From assembly GCF_039654945.1 (NCBI RefSeq), contig NW_027361751.1, positions 4,278,001-4,342,000 on the forward strand: a DNA stretch of 64,000 nt, written 5' to 3'. This DNA comes from Dendrobates tinctorius (lineage: Eukaryota). The notes under the pieces were generated by a model that was not told the DNA's origin, searched no databases, and saw only the letters and a program-made list of their open reading frames with translations. Numbering within the stretch: position 1 is the first letter of the stretch; every line of letters begins with the position of its first letter. Made by a program: the position numbers and the translations under genes. Positions 11,555 to 23,326 of the stretch are shown here, piece by piece.

Positions 11555-12382
11555 TTAGGGAGGGACTACAGCCTGCAGCACCCTTATACCAAAAGAGAGG
11601 TCTGTGGAAGCACCAAAGTCTAGCCTATAATGACTATAAAAGGTGCTCGGAGAGGACCAAGTAGCCGCCTTACATATCTGGTCAATGGAGACTTCTGATC
11701 TCTCGGCCCACGAGGTCGCCATGGCTCTGGTGGAATGCGCCCTCAGCTTCCCAGGTGCCGGTCTGCCTTTTGAGGTGTATGCTATTGAAATCGCTTCTCT
11801 AATCCACCTGGCTAGTGTATTTTTTGACACTCTAAGCCCTTTCCTAGGGCCTTGATGGGAGACAAACAGGGCATTATCTATCTTCCAGGGATCGGTAACT
11901 GCGAGATTTTCTATGAGACATCTAACATCTAGGGTATGTAGTTTCTCCTCGTTAGTTGGATTAGGGAGGAAGGATGGAAGGACTATTTCCTGTGTCCTGT
12001 GAAAGCTAGAAACTACCTTAGGTAAGTACGCTGGATCAGGTCTGAGTATTACCCTATCGTCCTTGAACTGTATATAAGGGGGACGCCTAGATAATGCCTG
12101 GATGTCGCTTACTCTACGAGCTGAGGATAGAGCCACCAGGAAGGCTACTTTGAAGGACAGGTTTTTAATGGAAGCTGATGAGATGGGTTCAAATGGAGCT
12201 TCTGTCATAGCCATGAGAACTAGGTTCAAGTCCCACGGCATGAACCTATCCTTCACTATTGGCCTGGATCTACCTGCTGCCTTAATGAATCTACTAACCC
12301 AGTAATTTCCCGCGATGTTGCAGCTAAAGAGGGCCCCCAAGGCTGATACTTGTACTTTAAGGGTACTAGTGGAAAGCCCCAT
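11555..12382 (-). CDS. DIRS tyrosine recombinase (C-terminal ORF)
   Basis: Catalytic set SARRVSD (R), AHSTR (HxxR), AATW (W), FYSHY (Y). Confidence 0.9.
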   Translation of the reverse strand: MGLSTSTLKVQVSALGALFSCNIAGNYWVSRFIKAAGRSRPIVKDRFMPWDLNLVLMAMTEAPFEPISSASIKNLSFKVAFLVALSSARRVSDIQALSRRPPYIQFKDDRVILRPDPAYLPKVVSSFHRTQEIVLPSFLPNPTNEEKLHTLDVRCLIENLAVTDPWKIDNALFVSHQGPRKGLRVSKNTLARWIREAISIAYTSKGRPAPGKLRAHSTRAMATSWAERSEVSIDQICKAATWSSPSTFYSHYRLDFGASTDLSFGIRVLQAVVPP

Positions 12383-12663
12383 GTCCAGACCTTTCTGTAG
12401 AAACTCTAAGATTTGATTTATAGGCGCTGAACCCCCAGCAATTATCCCAGAGTTCTGAAGGAATTTCTTCCAAATTCTGACATAAATTTTGGTAGTAATG
12501 GTTTTCCTACTTTTAAGTAGGGTGCTAATCAGGTCTGGGGAGAAGCCTTTCTCTTTTAGCAGTGTCCTTCAAACTCCACACCGTCAGATGTAGGCCAGCC
12601 ACCTGAGGATGGAAGACTGGGCCCTGGGATAGGAGATCCGGGATGTCCGGAAGAACCCAAGGA

Positions 12664-14390
12664 TCAGACACCGGCATGATCCTGAGGCATGAGAACCATG
12701 CCCTCCTGGTCCAAAATGGAGCGATAACTATAACCCTTGCCCTGTCTCCTGATTTTCCTCTTCACCAGGGGTAGTAGCGATAGGGGAGGGAAGGCGAAGG
12801 CTAGCCTGAAGACCCACTTTATTAGAAAGGCATCTACCGCCAGGGCGTTCTCTCTGGGATTTACGGAGCAGAATTGTCTCAATTTTCTGTTTTCCATGGT
12901 GGCGAAGAGATCTACCTCTGGTTGTCCCCACTTTTGTACAATCAGGTCGAAGATGGAGTTTTTAGGGACCATTCTCCTTGCTTTAGCAGATTCCGGCTTA
13001 AGAAGTCTGCCGTGATGTTTTCTTTCGCTTTTATATGTAGAGCTGTTAAAGATAGAAAATGTTGCTGCTAGCCGGAACAACCGTTCTGCCACATTCATCA
13101 GGGGTTTGGAACGAGTCTCGCCTTGGTGTTTGATATAAGCCACGGTGACCTGATTGTCGGAGAACACTCGCACATGATGGCCCTGTAGATACACAAGTAG
13201 CTTCTTAGCTGCCTGCTCTACTGCTGTCAACTCTTTCAGGTTAGATGACATTTCTATCTGATGATGCTCCCATAGGCCCTGGACCAGGATCTCACCCATA
13301 TGAGCCCCCCAACCGGAAGGGCTAGCATCCGTGGTGACTGCGGGATATGTCATACTCCCAGGGAACCCCTCTGGATAAATTATCCTTGTCAAGCCACCAC
13401 TCTAGGGACTCCCATGTGTTTTGGGACAAGGTTAGCTGGCCCTCTAAGTAACCCCCAAGGATTCTTTGATGCACTAAAACCTCGCCCTGTAGTGTTCTTG
13501 CATGAAACTGGGCCCACTGGACCGCCGGGATACAGGACGAAAGAGAACCAAGAAGGGACATGGCTTTCCTGAGGGACATGGTAGGGTTATTGGAAGCGTT
13601 CAGGACCTGATAATGTAGGCGAACAAGCTTCTCCGGAGGCAGACTGCATTCCTGTTTCTCAGAATCCAGGATCAGGCCCAAGAATTGTTGGACTCTCATC
13701 GGCTGTAACCGAGATTTTTTGATGTTAAGCAGCCATCCTAACCGCTCTAGGGCAGACATTGCCCTTTGTAGCTGTTCCAAACAATGTTTCGCCGTTTTCC
13801 CTACATGTAGGAAGTCATCTAAGTAGGGGACTACTAGAATGTCTGATTCACGTAGATGGGCCATAACTTCCGCTACCACTTTAGTAAACACACGGGGAGC
13901 AACTGACACCCCATAGGGGAGGACCGCATATTGGAAATATTGAACTGACCCATCTAACTGAACCGCCACTGAGGAAACGCTGATGAGCTGCATGAATGGG
14001 TATATGGTAGTAGGCATCTTTTAAATCTAACACCACCATAAAGCAATTTTGAAACAGCAATTTTATTGTTGAATTAATTGTCTCCATCTTAAACGGGCGT
14101 ATGACCAGGAATTCGTTGAGGGACTTACGATTTATTATAGTCCTAAAGGAGCGGTCTGGCTTGCGGACCAGGAACAGAGGGGAGTAGAAACCTTTCCCCC
14201 TTTCTCCCTCTGGAACCATAGTTAGGACCTTCTTGCGGCAAAGATCATGCACCTCGGCCTCCAGGGCAGCTTGTTCTGATGTGAAAGACCTGAGTGGGGT
14301 GACCTTAAATCGATCTTGGGGAACCCGGGAGAATTCTAGTTGTAGACCCGCAGCTATCACCCCCAGTATCCAGTTAATACTAGAAATCAT
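12664..14390 (-). pseudogene. DIRS RT / RNase H / methyltransferase-like region, frameshifted
   Basis: LDLKDAYYHIPI, VPYLDD, TTDASPSGWG, FSDNQVTVAYI, VDLFAT...AFPP spread over three overlapping frames. Confidence 0.9.
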
Positions 14391-14441
14391 GGACCAGGCT
14401 GGGTAGAAGGCAGCTAGTCTCCCCCCTACCGGAGCAACTAG

Positions 14442-15514
14442 TCATTGGGGCGTCTTTTTAGTGTCACGTGCTGGACCTTCCTGGCACCCCCCTCCTCCGA
14501 ACATGAATCCTGTACTTTTCCTTTTGTCATCCCATCTGCCCTGATCCCTGGATGGCCTTCTACGGAAGTATCCTTTCCTGGTAAATGGACGTCTATAAGA
14601 AGGGTTCGGCAGACTGGGGAACTTTTTATCATCCCTGGCTTTCTCTAAAAGTTCATCCAGGATGGGGCCAAACAGATATTCCCCCTCACACGGAATGGAG
14701 CAGAGTCGTGACCTGGCCTGGATATCTCCTGGCCAGCATTTTAACCAGAGAGCCCTTTGAGCTGCGTTGGATAAACCCGCGGTCCTAGCCGCCATCCTCG
14801 CAGAGTCTGCCGAAGCATCAGCCATAAAAGCAGCAGCACTTTGGATGATCGGTAGAGTTTTTCGAATGGATGCTCTTGAGGCTCCGTCCTTCAGCTGGGA
14901 ATCCAGTTGATCCAGCCACACCATCATGGATCTGGCCGTACATGTGGCAGCTATCGCTGGTCTTAGAGCGCCTGCTGACATCTCCCATGTTCCCTTTAGA
15001 AAAGAATCCGCCTTTTTATCCAGCGGGTCTTTTAAGGAGGCCATGTCGTCGAAAGGTATCGAGGATTTTTTGGAGGCTTTGGCTACTGCCGCGTCCAGCT
15101 TAGGGGCCTTATCCCATCTGCTTACCACTGGGTCATCAAAAGGGTACCTCCGCTTGAAGGCAGGTGGCAAGGAGACCCTTTTTTCAGGTCTTTTCCATTC
15201 CCTATCAGGCTCTGGACTTTGTCATTTAATGGAAAGGCCCTGCGCTTTCTGGGATCTAGATCCCTAAACATCATGTCCTGTGCCGAAAGTTCTGGCTTTG
15301 CGTCTGCTACCCCCATGGTGGATCTTATAGCTTTAACTAGCCTATCCATTTGGTCTAAGGGGAAGCAGAATCGGCTAGAGTCTTCCTCCGAAGAAGACGA
15401 AGTGGAGGCCGGGGAATCTGAGGAGTCATCGTTCCTAGGGGCGGCCGAGGACTCCGAACCCGAGAAACTAATTTTTCTCCTCCTAGAAGAATCCCCTTTA
15501 GATAGGGCCTTCAT
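14442..15514 (-). pseudogene. DIRS gag-like ORF, frameshifted
   Basis: PKLDAAV, LKDPLDKK, RALWLKCW, GEYLFG motifs, also present in the second DIRS copy. Confidence 0.8.
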
Positions 15515-16359
15515 CTCTGTCCTGATTATCTCAGAGAGAGGGAGAGGGATCCGGCGGGCAGACAGCTGCGAGCAGCGTTGGAACCGGGACAGGTGAATAT
15601 CTCAGGTGCCGGGTCCTGAGAGAGCGGTGACACCTGTCCCCCATAGCGTGCTGGTGTCTCCGCCTGCTCAGCACACCGGCACCTTGCCCCCAGGGACAAG
15701 AGGCAAGTATGTCTTTTTTTTTTTTTTTTTAAATACCTGCAGTAACATCAGCAGCAATAGCTTAATCTATGGAGCAGCATATGGGGCATATTCTATGGAG
15801 CATCTTATGGGGGCATAATCTATGGAGCATTTTATGGTGCATAATCTATGGAATATCTTATGGGGCCATAACCTATATGAAGCATTATATGGGGCATATT
15901 ATTCTATGGAGCATCTTATGGGGCCATTATTAGCCTTTGTGCATCATTATATGGGGCGTATTTTGTATGGAGCATATTATGGGGCCATCATGAACTGTAT
16001 GGAGCATTATGTGGGGCTCCTGATGCAATATGGATATTCAAAAACATTTAACCTACTGATGTCTCAATTAATTTTACTTTTATTGGTGTCTATTTTTATT
16101 TTTGAAATTTACCAGTAGCTGGTGCATTTTCCACCCTAGGCTTATACGCGAGTCAATAAGTTTTCCCAGTTTTTTGTGGCAAAAGTAAGGGGGTCGGCTT
16201 ATACACGAGTATATACGGTAACACAAATTATCAACTACAAAACATTACCATATGTCACGGTTTGCATGTTTATAACATGTTCGAAGATTATGATGCCAAA
16301 ACGTTTGGTGTTTCCATTATTTTGTCCAACCCCTGTCTCCGTCTCCTATAGCAAGCAGA

Positions 16360-16623
16360 TTGACCATATTTCAGCAAAATGTTTCACTTGCTCTCAAAGA
16401 AATAGAAAAATTCAACCGTTCATCAAAACTGACTGTGCATGAGGCAATTCCTTTATACCCGGAAATTGTTAGAGATGTTGCCCATGTGGTTACGGCTTTG
16501 CCTCTAACCCAATTTAATGTAGAGAGGTTTTTCTCTAGCCTTAAAATTATTAGGTCAGATTTGTGGTCATCTATGAAGGAGGATATGATGGAGGCAATTC
16601 TATTTCTTAGAACAAATTCATAG
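16360..16623 (+). pseudogene. hAT transposase C-terminal dimerisation-domain remnant
   Basis: ALPLTQFNVERFFSSLKIIRSDL...MMEAILFLRTN, lying inside hAT TIRs. Confidence 0.8.
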
Positions 16624-16939
16624 ACTGCACAAATGTTATTTGGTATGTTTTTGTTGAAAACTTTTTTTTTGCCACTTACATAGTTTATTACATGGTGATA
16701 TATATGCAATATGTATATGTAATCGATATTACATAGTGTATTACATATTTACAATTTATTACAGTTTTTTTGTCTTCTAAAGTTGTATTCCAATAAATAT
16801 ATATTATGTTCTATCTAAATATATTGATTATTGTATCATAAAAATGATTAAATCACAAAACAATCACTGACCTCAGGGAGACCAGTCAAAGAAAACACTG
16901 CGGCAGCCGGCAAAGGCTCTCAATCAGTGAAATCCTAGG

Positions 16940-16973
16940 TGCATTGCTCCCTGGGAAATATGAATATGCAAAT
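16940..16973. promoter_or_regulatory. Octamer plus SPH/ZNF143-like site (snRNA-type distal element), copy 1
   Basis: ATGCAAAT at 16966-16973, 8 bp from TTCCCAGGGAGCAATGCA (minus, 16940-16957); repeated at 17299-17332. Confidence 0.55.
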
Positions 16974-17127
16974 AAAGTCCGTGGAGCCTCATTTAAGAGT
17001 CTCAAACACGGGACTAGCTCCTTTCGGAAACCACCATTACCACCATATTAAGTGGCCCTTTAAGTCAATATCCAGCTCTTTATGAGTTTACAGATATGAC
17101 AAGGGAAATACCAAGGCCGGGTATCCA

Positions 17128-17172
17128 TCCACAGACAGCTGTTTCGGGGTGTTGCCCCCTCATCAGTGTGGA
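17128..17172 (-). ncRNA. Type I minimal hammerhead ribozyme, intact core
   Basis: Minus strand TCCACA-CTGATGA-GGGGGCAACACCCC-GAAAC-AGCT-GTC-TGTGGA: 6-bp stem I, full core, GC stem II, palindromic stem III (ACAGCTGT), GUC cleavage triplet. Confidence 0.92.
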
Positions 17173-17610
17173 GCAGGATTCTGGCTAGGGAGCAATGCCT
17201 AGTAGACCAACATCACAAACAATCACTGACCTCAGGGAGACCAGTCAAAGAAAACACTGCGGCAGCCGGCAAAGGCGCTCAATCAGTGAAATCCTAGGTG
17301 CATTGCTCCCTGGGAAATATGAATATGCAAATAAAGTCCGTGGAGCTTCACGGACTTTATTTGCATAAAAATGATTAAATGTCTGATGTTCACATTGTAC
17401 TACAATAAATTTTTCACTTAAATATAAGCAATATATGTGGGAGTCGGAGTCTGTGTAAGGGAATTTGAGGAGTCGGAGTCGCAGGTTTGGCTTACCGACT
17501 CCACGGCCCTGGTTTCTAGGGAGCAGGAGGTGAGTATTAAACTTCAATGTGCAAGTTTGCACACCTGATATGAGACATAAGGCACTTGCTTAAATGTGAA
17601 CACACATTTA

Positions 17611-19481
17611 AATGGAAGCTGTCACCATGAAAATGCAACCCGATCTGCAGGCGTCATGTAGTAGAGCATGGGGGGCTGAGTAGTTTAATACTTGGTTTTA
17701 TGAGAAAAGATTCCTTATAACTTTTGTGTTACTCATAGAATGTTAGAGTGTGAAGGGACCTCCAGGGTCATCATGTTTAACCCCCTGCTCAATGCAGGAT
17801 TCACTAAACCATCTTGGACAGATATCTGTCCAGCCTCTGTTAGAAGACTTCCATTGAAGGAGAACTCACCACCTCAAGTGGCAGCCTGTTCCACTCATTG
17901 CATCATGCTGTTGACTCATGCAGTCTGTGATCTATTAGTGTACCCAAGTCTTTATCACATGTGCTGTTGCTCAGCCTTATTCCTCCATTCTGTATGGGTT
18001 TTTTTTAGATTTTTCTTGCCCAGACGTAGTACTTTGCATTTCTCCCTGATAAAAACCATTCTGATATTTGCTGCCCACAGTTCGTTTCTTTAGATCTTTT
18101 TGAATCCCCTCTCTTTTTTTCTAGTATTGGCTACCCCTCCTATCTTTGTGTCATCAGCAAATTTAATCAGTTTATCCTCAATTCCTTCATCTAAATAATT
18201 GAAAAATATGTTGGACAATATAGGGCCCAGGACAGAGGCCTGTGATATCCCACCTGAGACATTCTTCCAACTGAATGTGCAGCCATCACTCTTTGAGTCT
18301 GATCACTAGACAAGTTATGAATCCACCTAACCATTGGCTTGTCCATTCCATACTTGGTCATTTTTGCAATAAGGATGGTGCGAGATACTTTATCAAATGC
18401 TTTGATGAAGTCAAGATGTACTATATCTACTGCTTTTCCCTGATCCACCCAGTCAGTGATTCTTTCATAAATGAAATTGTTAGTATGACATGACTTGTTA
18501 GTTACAAACCCATGCTGGCTCTGGTTAATCACTTCATTCTCATACAGGTACTTGCACACATATAGTTTAATCATTTGCTCAAAGATCTTTCCTGGTAGAG
18601 AAGTCAGACTCACAGTTCCCTGGGTCCACATTCTTCCCCTCTTTGAAGATACTGACAACATTTGCTCTTCTCCAGTCCCCTTGGACTTCTCCTGTTCTCC
18701 AAGAATGTTCAAATATTCAGGAGGGTCATTCAGTAACTTTCTCTATCTCCTTCAGTACCCTAAGATGTAATTCATCTGCACCTGGAGACCTGAATTCATT
18801 TGTTAGCTAAGTTTTCCCTCACCCATGCTCTTTTTATAGATAGTGTGGATTCGTCTATTCTTTCAATAGTACAGTGAAGATCAGGTGATGATACATTTAC
18901 TTTCTGAGAGAATACTGATGCAAAATAGGAATTTAAGTTTGGCCTTCTCAACAATACTTTTTACAACTTTACCATTATCATCTTGTAAAAATCCTACAGC
19001 ATCTTTTGATTTTTCGTATACTTTTTACATACTCCCAAAATAATTTCTTATTGCTTTTGACGTCTCTTGCAAGCCTTAATTCATTATCAGCTTTAGTAAT
19101 CTGATTTGTGCCCTGCAGGTTCTGCAGACAGCATTATATTCTTCTATAGCTATTCCTCCCTCTTTCTATTTGATAAACATTTCTTCCTTTTTAAGGAATC
19201 GTCAGTAAAACCTGGGCTCTTTCTTGGATTTTTGGTTTGGGGGGGCGGGTCTGATCAGTGACTGACAGCTTTCTTTATGCACACTTATACTTTGAGAGTT
19301 GTCGGTCACTGATAGGACAGCCTACTGAACCCAAAAGTCCAGAAAGCAGAAGTTCAAATGATTAAATCGCAAGTTATACTGAATCTTTTCTCACAACACT
19401 AAGAATGAAACTACTCCGCTTCTCATGCTGTATTTCATGATGCCTGTAGATTGGGCTGCATTTTCATGGTGACAGGTTTTC
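17611..19481. mobile_element. TTAA-target (T2/Kolobok-type) MITE split by a CR1 insertion
   Basis: Inverted ends CTGTCACCATGAAAATGCA / TGCATTTTCATGGTGACAG flanked by TTAA. Confidence 0.65.
17735..19240 (-). mobile_element. CR1 LINE fragment
   Basis: RT motifs SLTSLPGKIFEQ, QHGF, LDFIKAFDKV; CR1 3' tail (CATAGAATG on plus) at 17735. Confidence 0.9.
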
Positions 19482-19714
19482 TTTAAAAGGTAAAATTACA
19501 TTAGCTATAACAACCCTCCAAGTGCCTATTGGTGAGAAAATGGTAGTTATGTGAACTCGTCTGCAAAATGATAAATGGTAAATTGACACTCGGCCAGTAA
19601 GCAGATTCAAGATCAAGTCCCACAATCAACGACTTCTGTTTCTGAGTAGTCTTGAGGTGTATTGTAGTACCGGCCCGCAGACAAGAATGAACATAATCCT
19701 GTAGGAAAGTAGTG

Positions 19715-19720
19715 TTTATT
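19715..19720 (-). terminator. Putative poly(A) signal of LDLRAD1-like gene
   Basis: AATAAA on the minus strand about 530 nt after the stop codon. Confidence 0.5.
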
Positions 19721-20247
19721 GAAATGCTTTTAAAGTCTGATGTATTTGCAGTATTAGTCAGGCTGGGGGTAAAAGTTTTAACTTTGGCTGCGACACGTAT
19801 GACTGGGTCAATGATGACACTATGTTGCTACTACCTCCAAAGCTAATGTCAGTGGCGAGGGTCGCGACACAATCCCAAAGTGACAATTAAACAAAATCAT
19901 TTAGATTTGTGTAGAACTTGTGGGTCTCATTTACGAATATTACACTGTGATGTAGCTTGATTTTTGGGTGTGTCGAAGGCAGAGTCGCCCTATTAAATCC
20001 CTTTCACTCTGGTTACAGAGAAATCCTAAAACACTAACCATTCCTAAAATACACTAGATACATTACATACTAGGATATTTTACACTGGTAATAGCTATAA
20101 ATATTCATTTGTGATGGTTTGAGTGAGCAGTGTAAGTTGTACAATAGGAACAGAGCTGAAGACTTCATCCTGGCTTCGTGGGTGAAGATTGTTCTCATGT
20201 GTAGGGTCTTGTCGCTCCATTGTAGAGTCGGTCAGTGTTACAAACTT

Positions 20248-20384
20248 TCAGCGACAGGATATTTCATCGCTCCAGTCTACGCAGTCCTGAATATTATCAT
20301 GACAGCGGGTTTTTGGGATACAGTCACAGTCCGTAAAGAAGACAGTGTTACATCTCCAGCCTGGACATGCAGGACAGCGATCAG
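20248..20384 (-). CDS. LDLRAD1: LDLRAD1-like coding exon 6 (last; LDLa repeat)
   Basis: Acceptor cttccag|; (A)DRCPACPGWRCNTVFFTDCDCIPKTRCHDNIQDCVDWSDEISCR*. Confidence 0.9.
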
Positions 20385-21040
20385 CTGGAAGATAGTAATA
20401 TACACAGTTATAGTCTAACATCCAATGTTTCCTATGAACATTTGTATCGGTATTATTGAACTTAAGCTTTATCTTTTGGGCCATAGGATCTGTAATATGT
20501 AAGAACCACTGCCACAGTCTGTCACTAATGCTGGAGTCACATATCCGTGTGCCACGATCATGACACACACTGCGAATCATGGACTGGCAACAGGTCTGAC
20601 CTGAACTTGGCAGCCGGATCTGTCTGAGTCTGTTGAATTTTGGTCATGAGACCCCATCGTTGGTCTGTGAATCACGGACTGTAACACATAGCGGTGTGAC
20701 TGCAGCCTATTACTGCCCTTTATATACACAGTGATGTTACTAAAGCTCTAAGTATAAGGTGTGTAAGTTCAGATGGACTTTTCTGAATATGTACAAATTA
20801 TTATAACTACGTTATTTGGTAAATTATTTTTTATGGATTTCTTAGAGCAGCTGTAATTTATCCTTAAATGTTTAATGGGGTTGTCCAATTATTTAATTTA
20901 TCTTTATAATAAAGGAATTCAAAGCAATTTTAAAGTCAACTACTGTAAAACTGAAGCCATGAACATACTGTAACTTTTAATGCTGAACTGACAAAAAAAA
21001 CTGATCTAAAACTCCCATTAAGTGGCAGACAGACACAATT

Positions 21041-21205
21041 TGTAGATTGTAAGCTTGCGAGCAGGGACCTCACTCCTAATGTCACTGTTTAAATTGTCTT
21101 AACTTGTATTGAATTTATTGTCTGTACATGGCCCCGCTTAATTGTAAAGTGCTGCGGAATATGTTGGTGCTATATAAATAAAAATTATTATTATTATTAT
21201 TATTA
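21041..21205 (+). mobile_element. L2-type 3' end fragment
   Basis: TAGATTGTAAGCTTGCGAGCAGGGAC...TGTAAAGTGCTGCGGAATATGTTGGTGCTATATAAATAAA(ATT)n. Confidence 0.7.
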
Positions 21206-21614
21206 GTACCTGGGTACACAAATTACAGCGAACTTGGAAGATCTGTATCATTTAAATTATCCTGAACAAACGTCAAAATCTAATGAATTATAACTTGAAA
21301 ACCGGATGATATGCCAATAGTAAAAATGGACACATGGGTCAAAGTTGGATGAAAAACAGACAGAGTTAATTTTTTATTTTTTGTAGTTCACAGAAATGAC
21401 TGATGTGTGGATTTAGCCTCCACTAGACAACTCAAAGCTCGTAACTTATTTAACACTGTGACAGCTCTTCAGCAGTACGCGTCGTATGGTGGGGCAGATA
21501 CTTGTTTTACTTGTACAATGCCCTGTAAATGTTTTCTGTTGCTGCAGTCTTAATAAAGACTGATACCGGACATTTGTTCCAAACACTTTGGAGTATTTTG
21601 GAGTTGAGTGGTAC

Positions 21615-21737
21615 CTGTTTCGTCAGAGCAGTCTCCGCAGTCATTATTGTTGTTGCAAAGTTTGTCAATGTATGTCCATGATTTCTTATTGGCACACTGG
21701 AATACCAACCCTTCTGGAAGACTAGTAGGTAAACTTC
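21615..21737 (-). CDS. LDLRAD1: LDLRAD1-like coding exon 5 (LDLa repeat)
   Basis: 123 nt, phase 1-1, AG/GT flanks; GSLPTSLPEGLVFQCANKKSWTYIDKLCNNNNDCGDCSDET. Confidence 0.9.
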
Positions 21738-22065
21738 CTAAACAGGTAATGAAAGAAAAAAAAAAATCAGACCTACAAAGTTACAGATGCAGTGCATTAA
21801 TAAGTAATGACTGTTAGTCCTTTCATCAAGCAGAAGTACAATACATACTGCCCTTGATAAGGCTTTGTTCTCATTTGGGTCTTGGCATGCAGCCGGTTAT
21901 TTTGCTGTCACATTTGAAAGAAATATGTGAACAGAGTCTAAGATGTACAGATGAGCAATTTGATTTGTGTCCTGTCCTCCGTGTCAGATTTTTTTAACAC
22001 TTCTGCGTCCGGCATCCTAGGTCCTTTTGACGTTTGCTAAACCTTACAACGTTATGACGACAGAG

Positions 22066-22853
22066 AAAGGATTCAGAAGGATCTAGATAAGCTTGAACAA
22101 TTGACAGCGACTAATAGAATGGAATTTAACAGGGAGAAATGCAAGATTCTACATCTGGGCAAGAAAAACGAAAATTACATCTACAGAATGCTAAGAATAG
22201 AACTAAGCAATAGCACGTGTGAAAAAGACTTGGTTATACTAATAGATCACAGACTGCACATGAGTCAGCAGTGTGATGCAGCAGGAAAGAAGGCAAACAG
22301 TTCTAGGATGTATTAAGAGAAGCATTGAGTTTAGATCACGTGAAGTAATTATCCCTCTCTACTCCTTGGTCAGGCCTCATCTGGAATACTGTGTCCAGTT
22401 CTGGGTGCCACATTTTAAAAAGACATTGAAAAACTAGAGCAAGTTCAGAGAAGAGCTACCAGGATGGTGAGCGGACTGCAAAGTATGTCCTACGAGGAAC
22501 AGTTAAAGGATCTGGGAAGACTAAAAGGAGACGCAAGAGTTGTCTACAAGTATCTGAAGAGTTGTCACAGTGTAGCTCAACCTTATTCTCATTTGCACAT
22601 GGAAACACAAGAAGCAATGGAATTAAACTGAAAGGGAGAAGATACAGATTAGATATTAAAAAAAACAACTTTTTGACAGGGTGATCAATGAGTGGAACAG
22701 GCTGCCATGAGAGATGGTGAGTTCTCCTTAAATGGAAGTCTTCAAACAGAGGCTGGACAGACATCTGTGTGAGATGGTTTAGTGAATCCTGCATTGAGCA
22801 GGGAGTTGGACACAATGACCCTGGAGATCCCTTCTAACTCTAACATTCTATGA
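22066..22853 (+). mobile_element. CR1 LINE 3' fragment (intronic)
   Basis: [28 protein letters not shown]; tail ending AACATTCTATGA. Confidence 0.9.
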
Positions 22854-23326
22854 CTTCTCGTGGCCTTGTAGCAGAAGTGAAGACTGGCAGCCACAGAGTG
22901 AACATCGGACTGGGGAGATTTAATCAAATGGCTCATCTCTAGTATGCCTATGGGATGAGGATGAGTATGAAGGATAGGCAGAGCAGGCTGCCGTCTGCAG
23001 CGTCAATTGATGTAGGAAGAGCACTTTAGAGTTATAAAAAAACTCCTTTTACATTTATTTGTACAGTCAACTGAATGTAATGTTTATGTGACTGATCATG
23101 TGTGACGCATCGGTCCACATGTGATATGACATTACTGAGTGAATCAGCTGTGAGAAGAATGGATGTTCATCCAACAACGATAATACCGATTTTTGGGGTC
23201 TTAGGGTAATACGATTTACCATGAAGCCTATGACTTTTACCCCAAAGAGATTATCTAGCCCATGGGTGAATACTTTAAGGCACTGTATATCTACCGCCTA
23301 ACATTTTCTAAATCTGTGACACTAAC

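Larger units (their letters stand above)
11171..15531 (-). mobile_element. DIRS1-type tyrosine-recombinase retrotransposon, 5'-truncated
   Basis: gag, RT, RNase H, methyltransferase-like and YR coding segments in DIRS order; 3' terminal repeat 11171-11445 and internal complementary region 11446-11531. Confidence 0.95.
16854..17367 (-). mobile_element. Non-LTR retrozyme-like element (about 1.4 copies of a 359-nt unit plus inverted tail)
   Basis: Direct repeat 16861-16987 vs 17220-17346; hammerhead at 17128-17172; 17-bp flanking duplication CATAAAAATGATTAAAT (16837-16853, 17364-17380). Confidence 0.85.
10394..17511 (+). mobile_element. hAT element containing several nested insertions
   Basis: TIRs CAGGGCTGTGGAGT / ACTCCACGGCCCTG, subterminal GGAGTC repeats, 8-bp TSD GTTTCTAG (10386-10393, 17512-17519). 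Confidence 0.9.
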
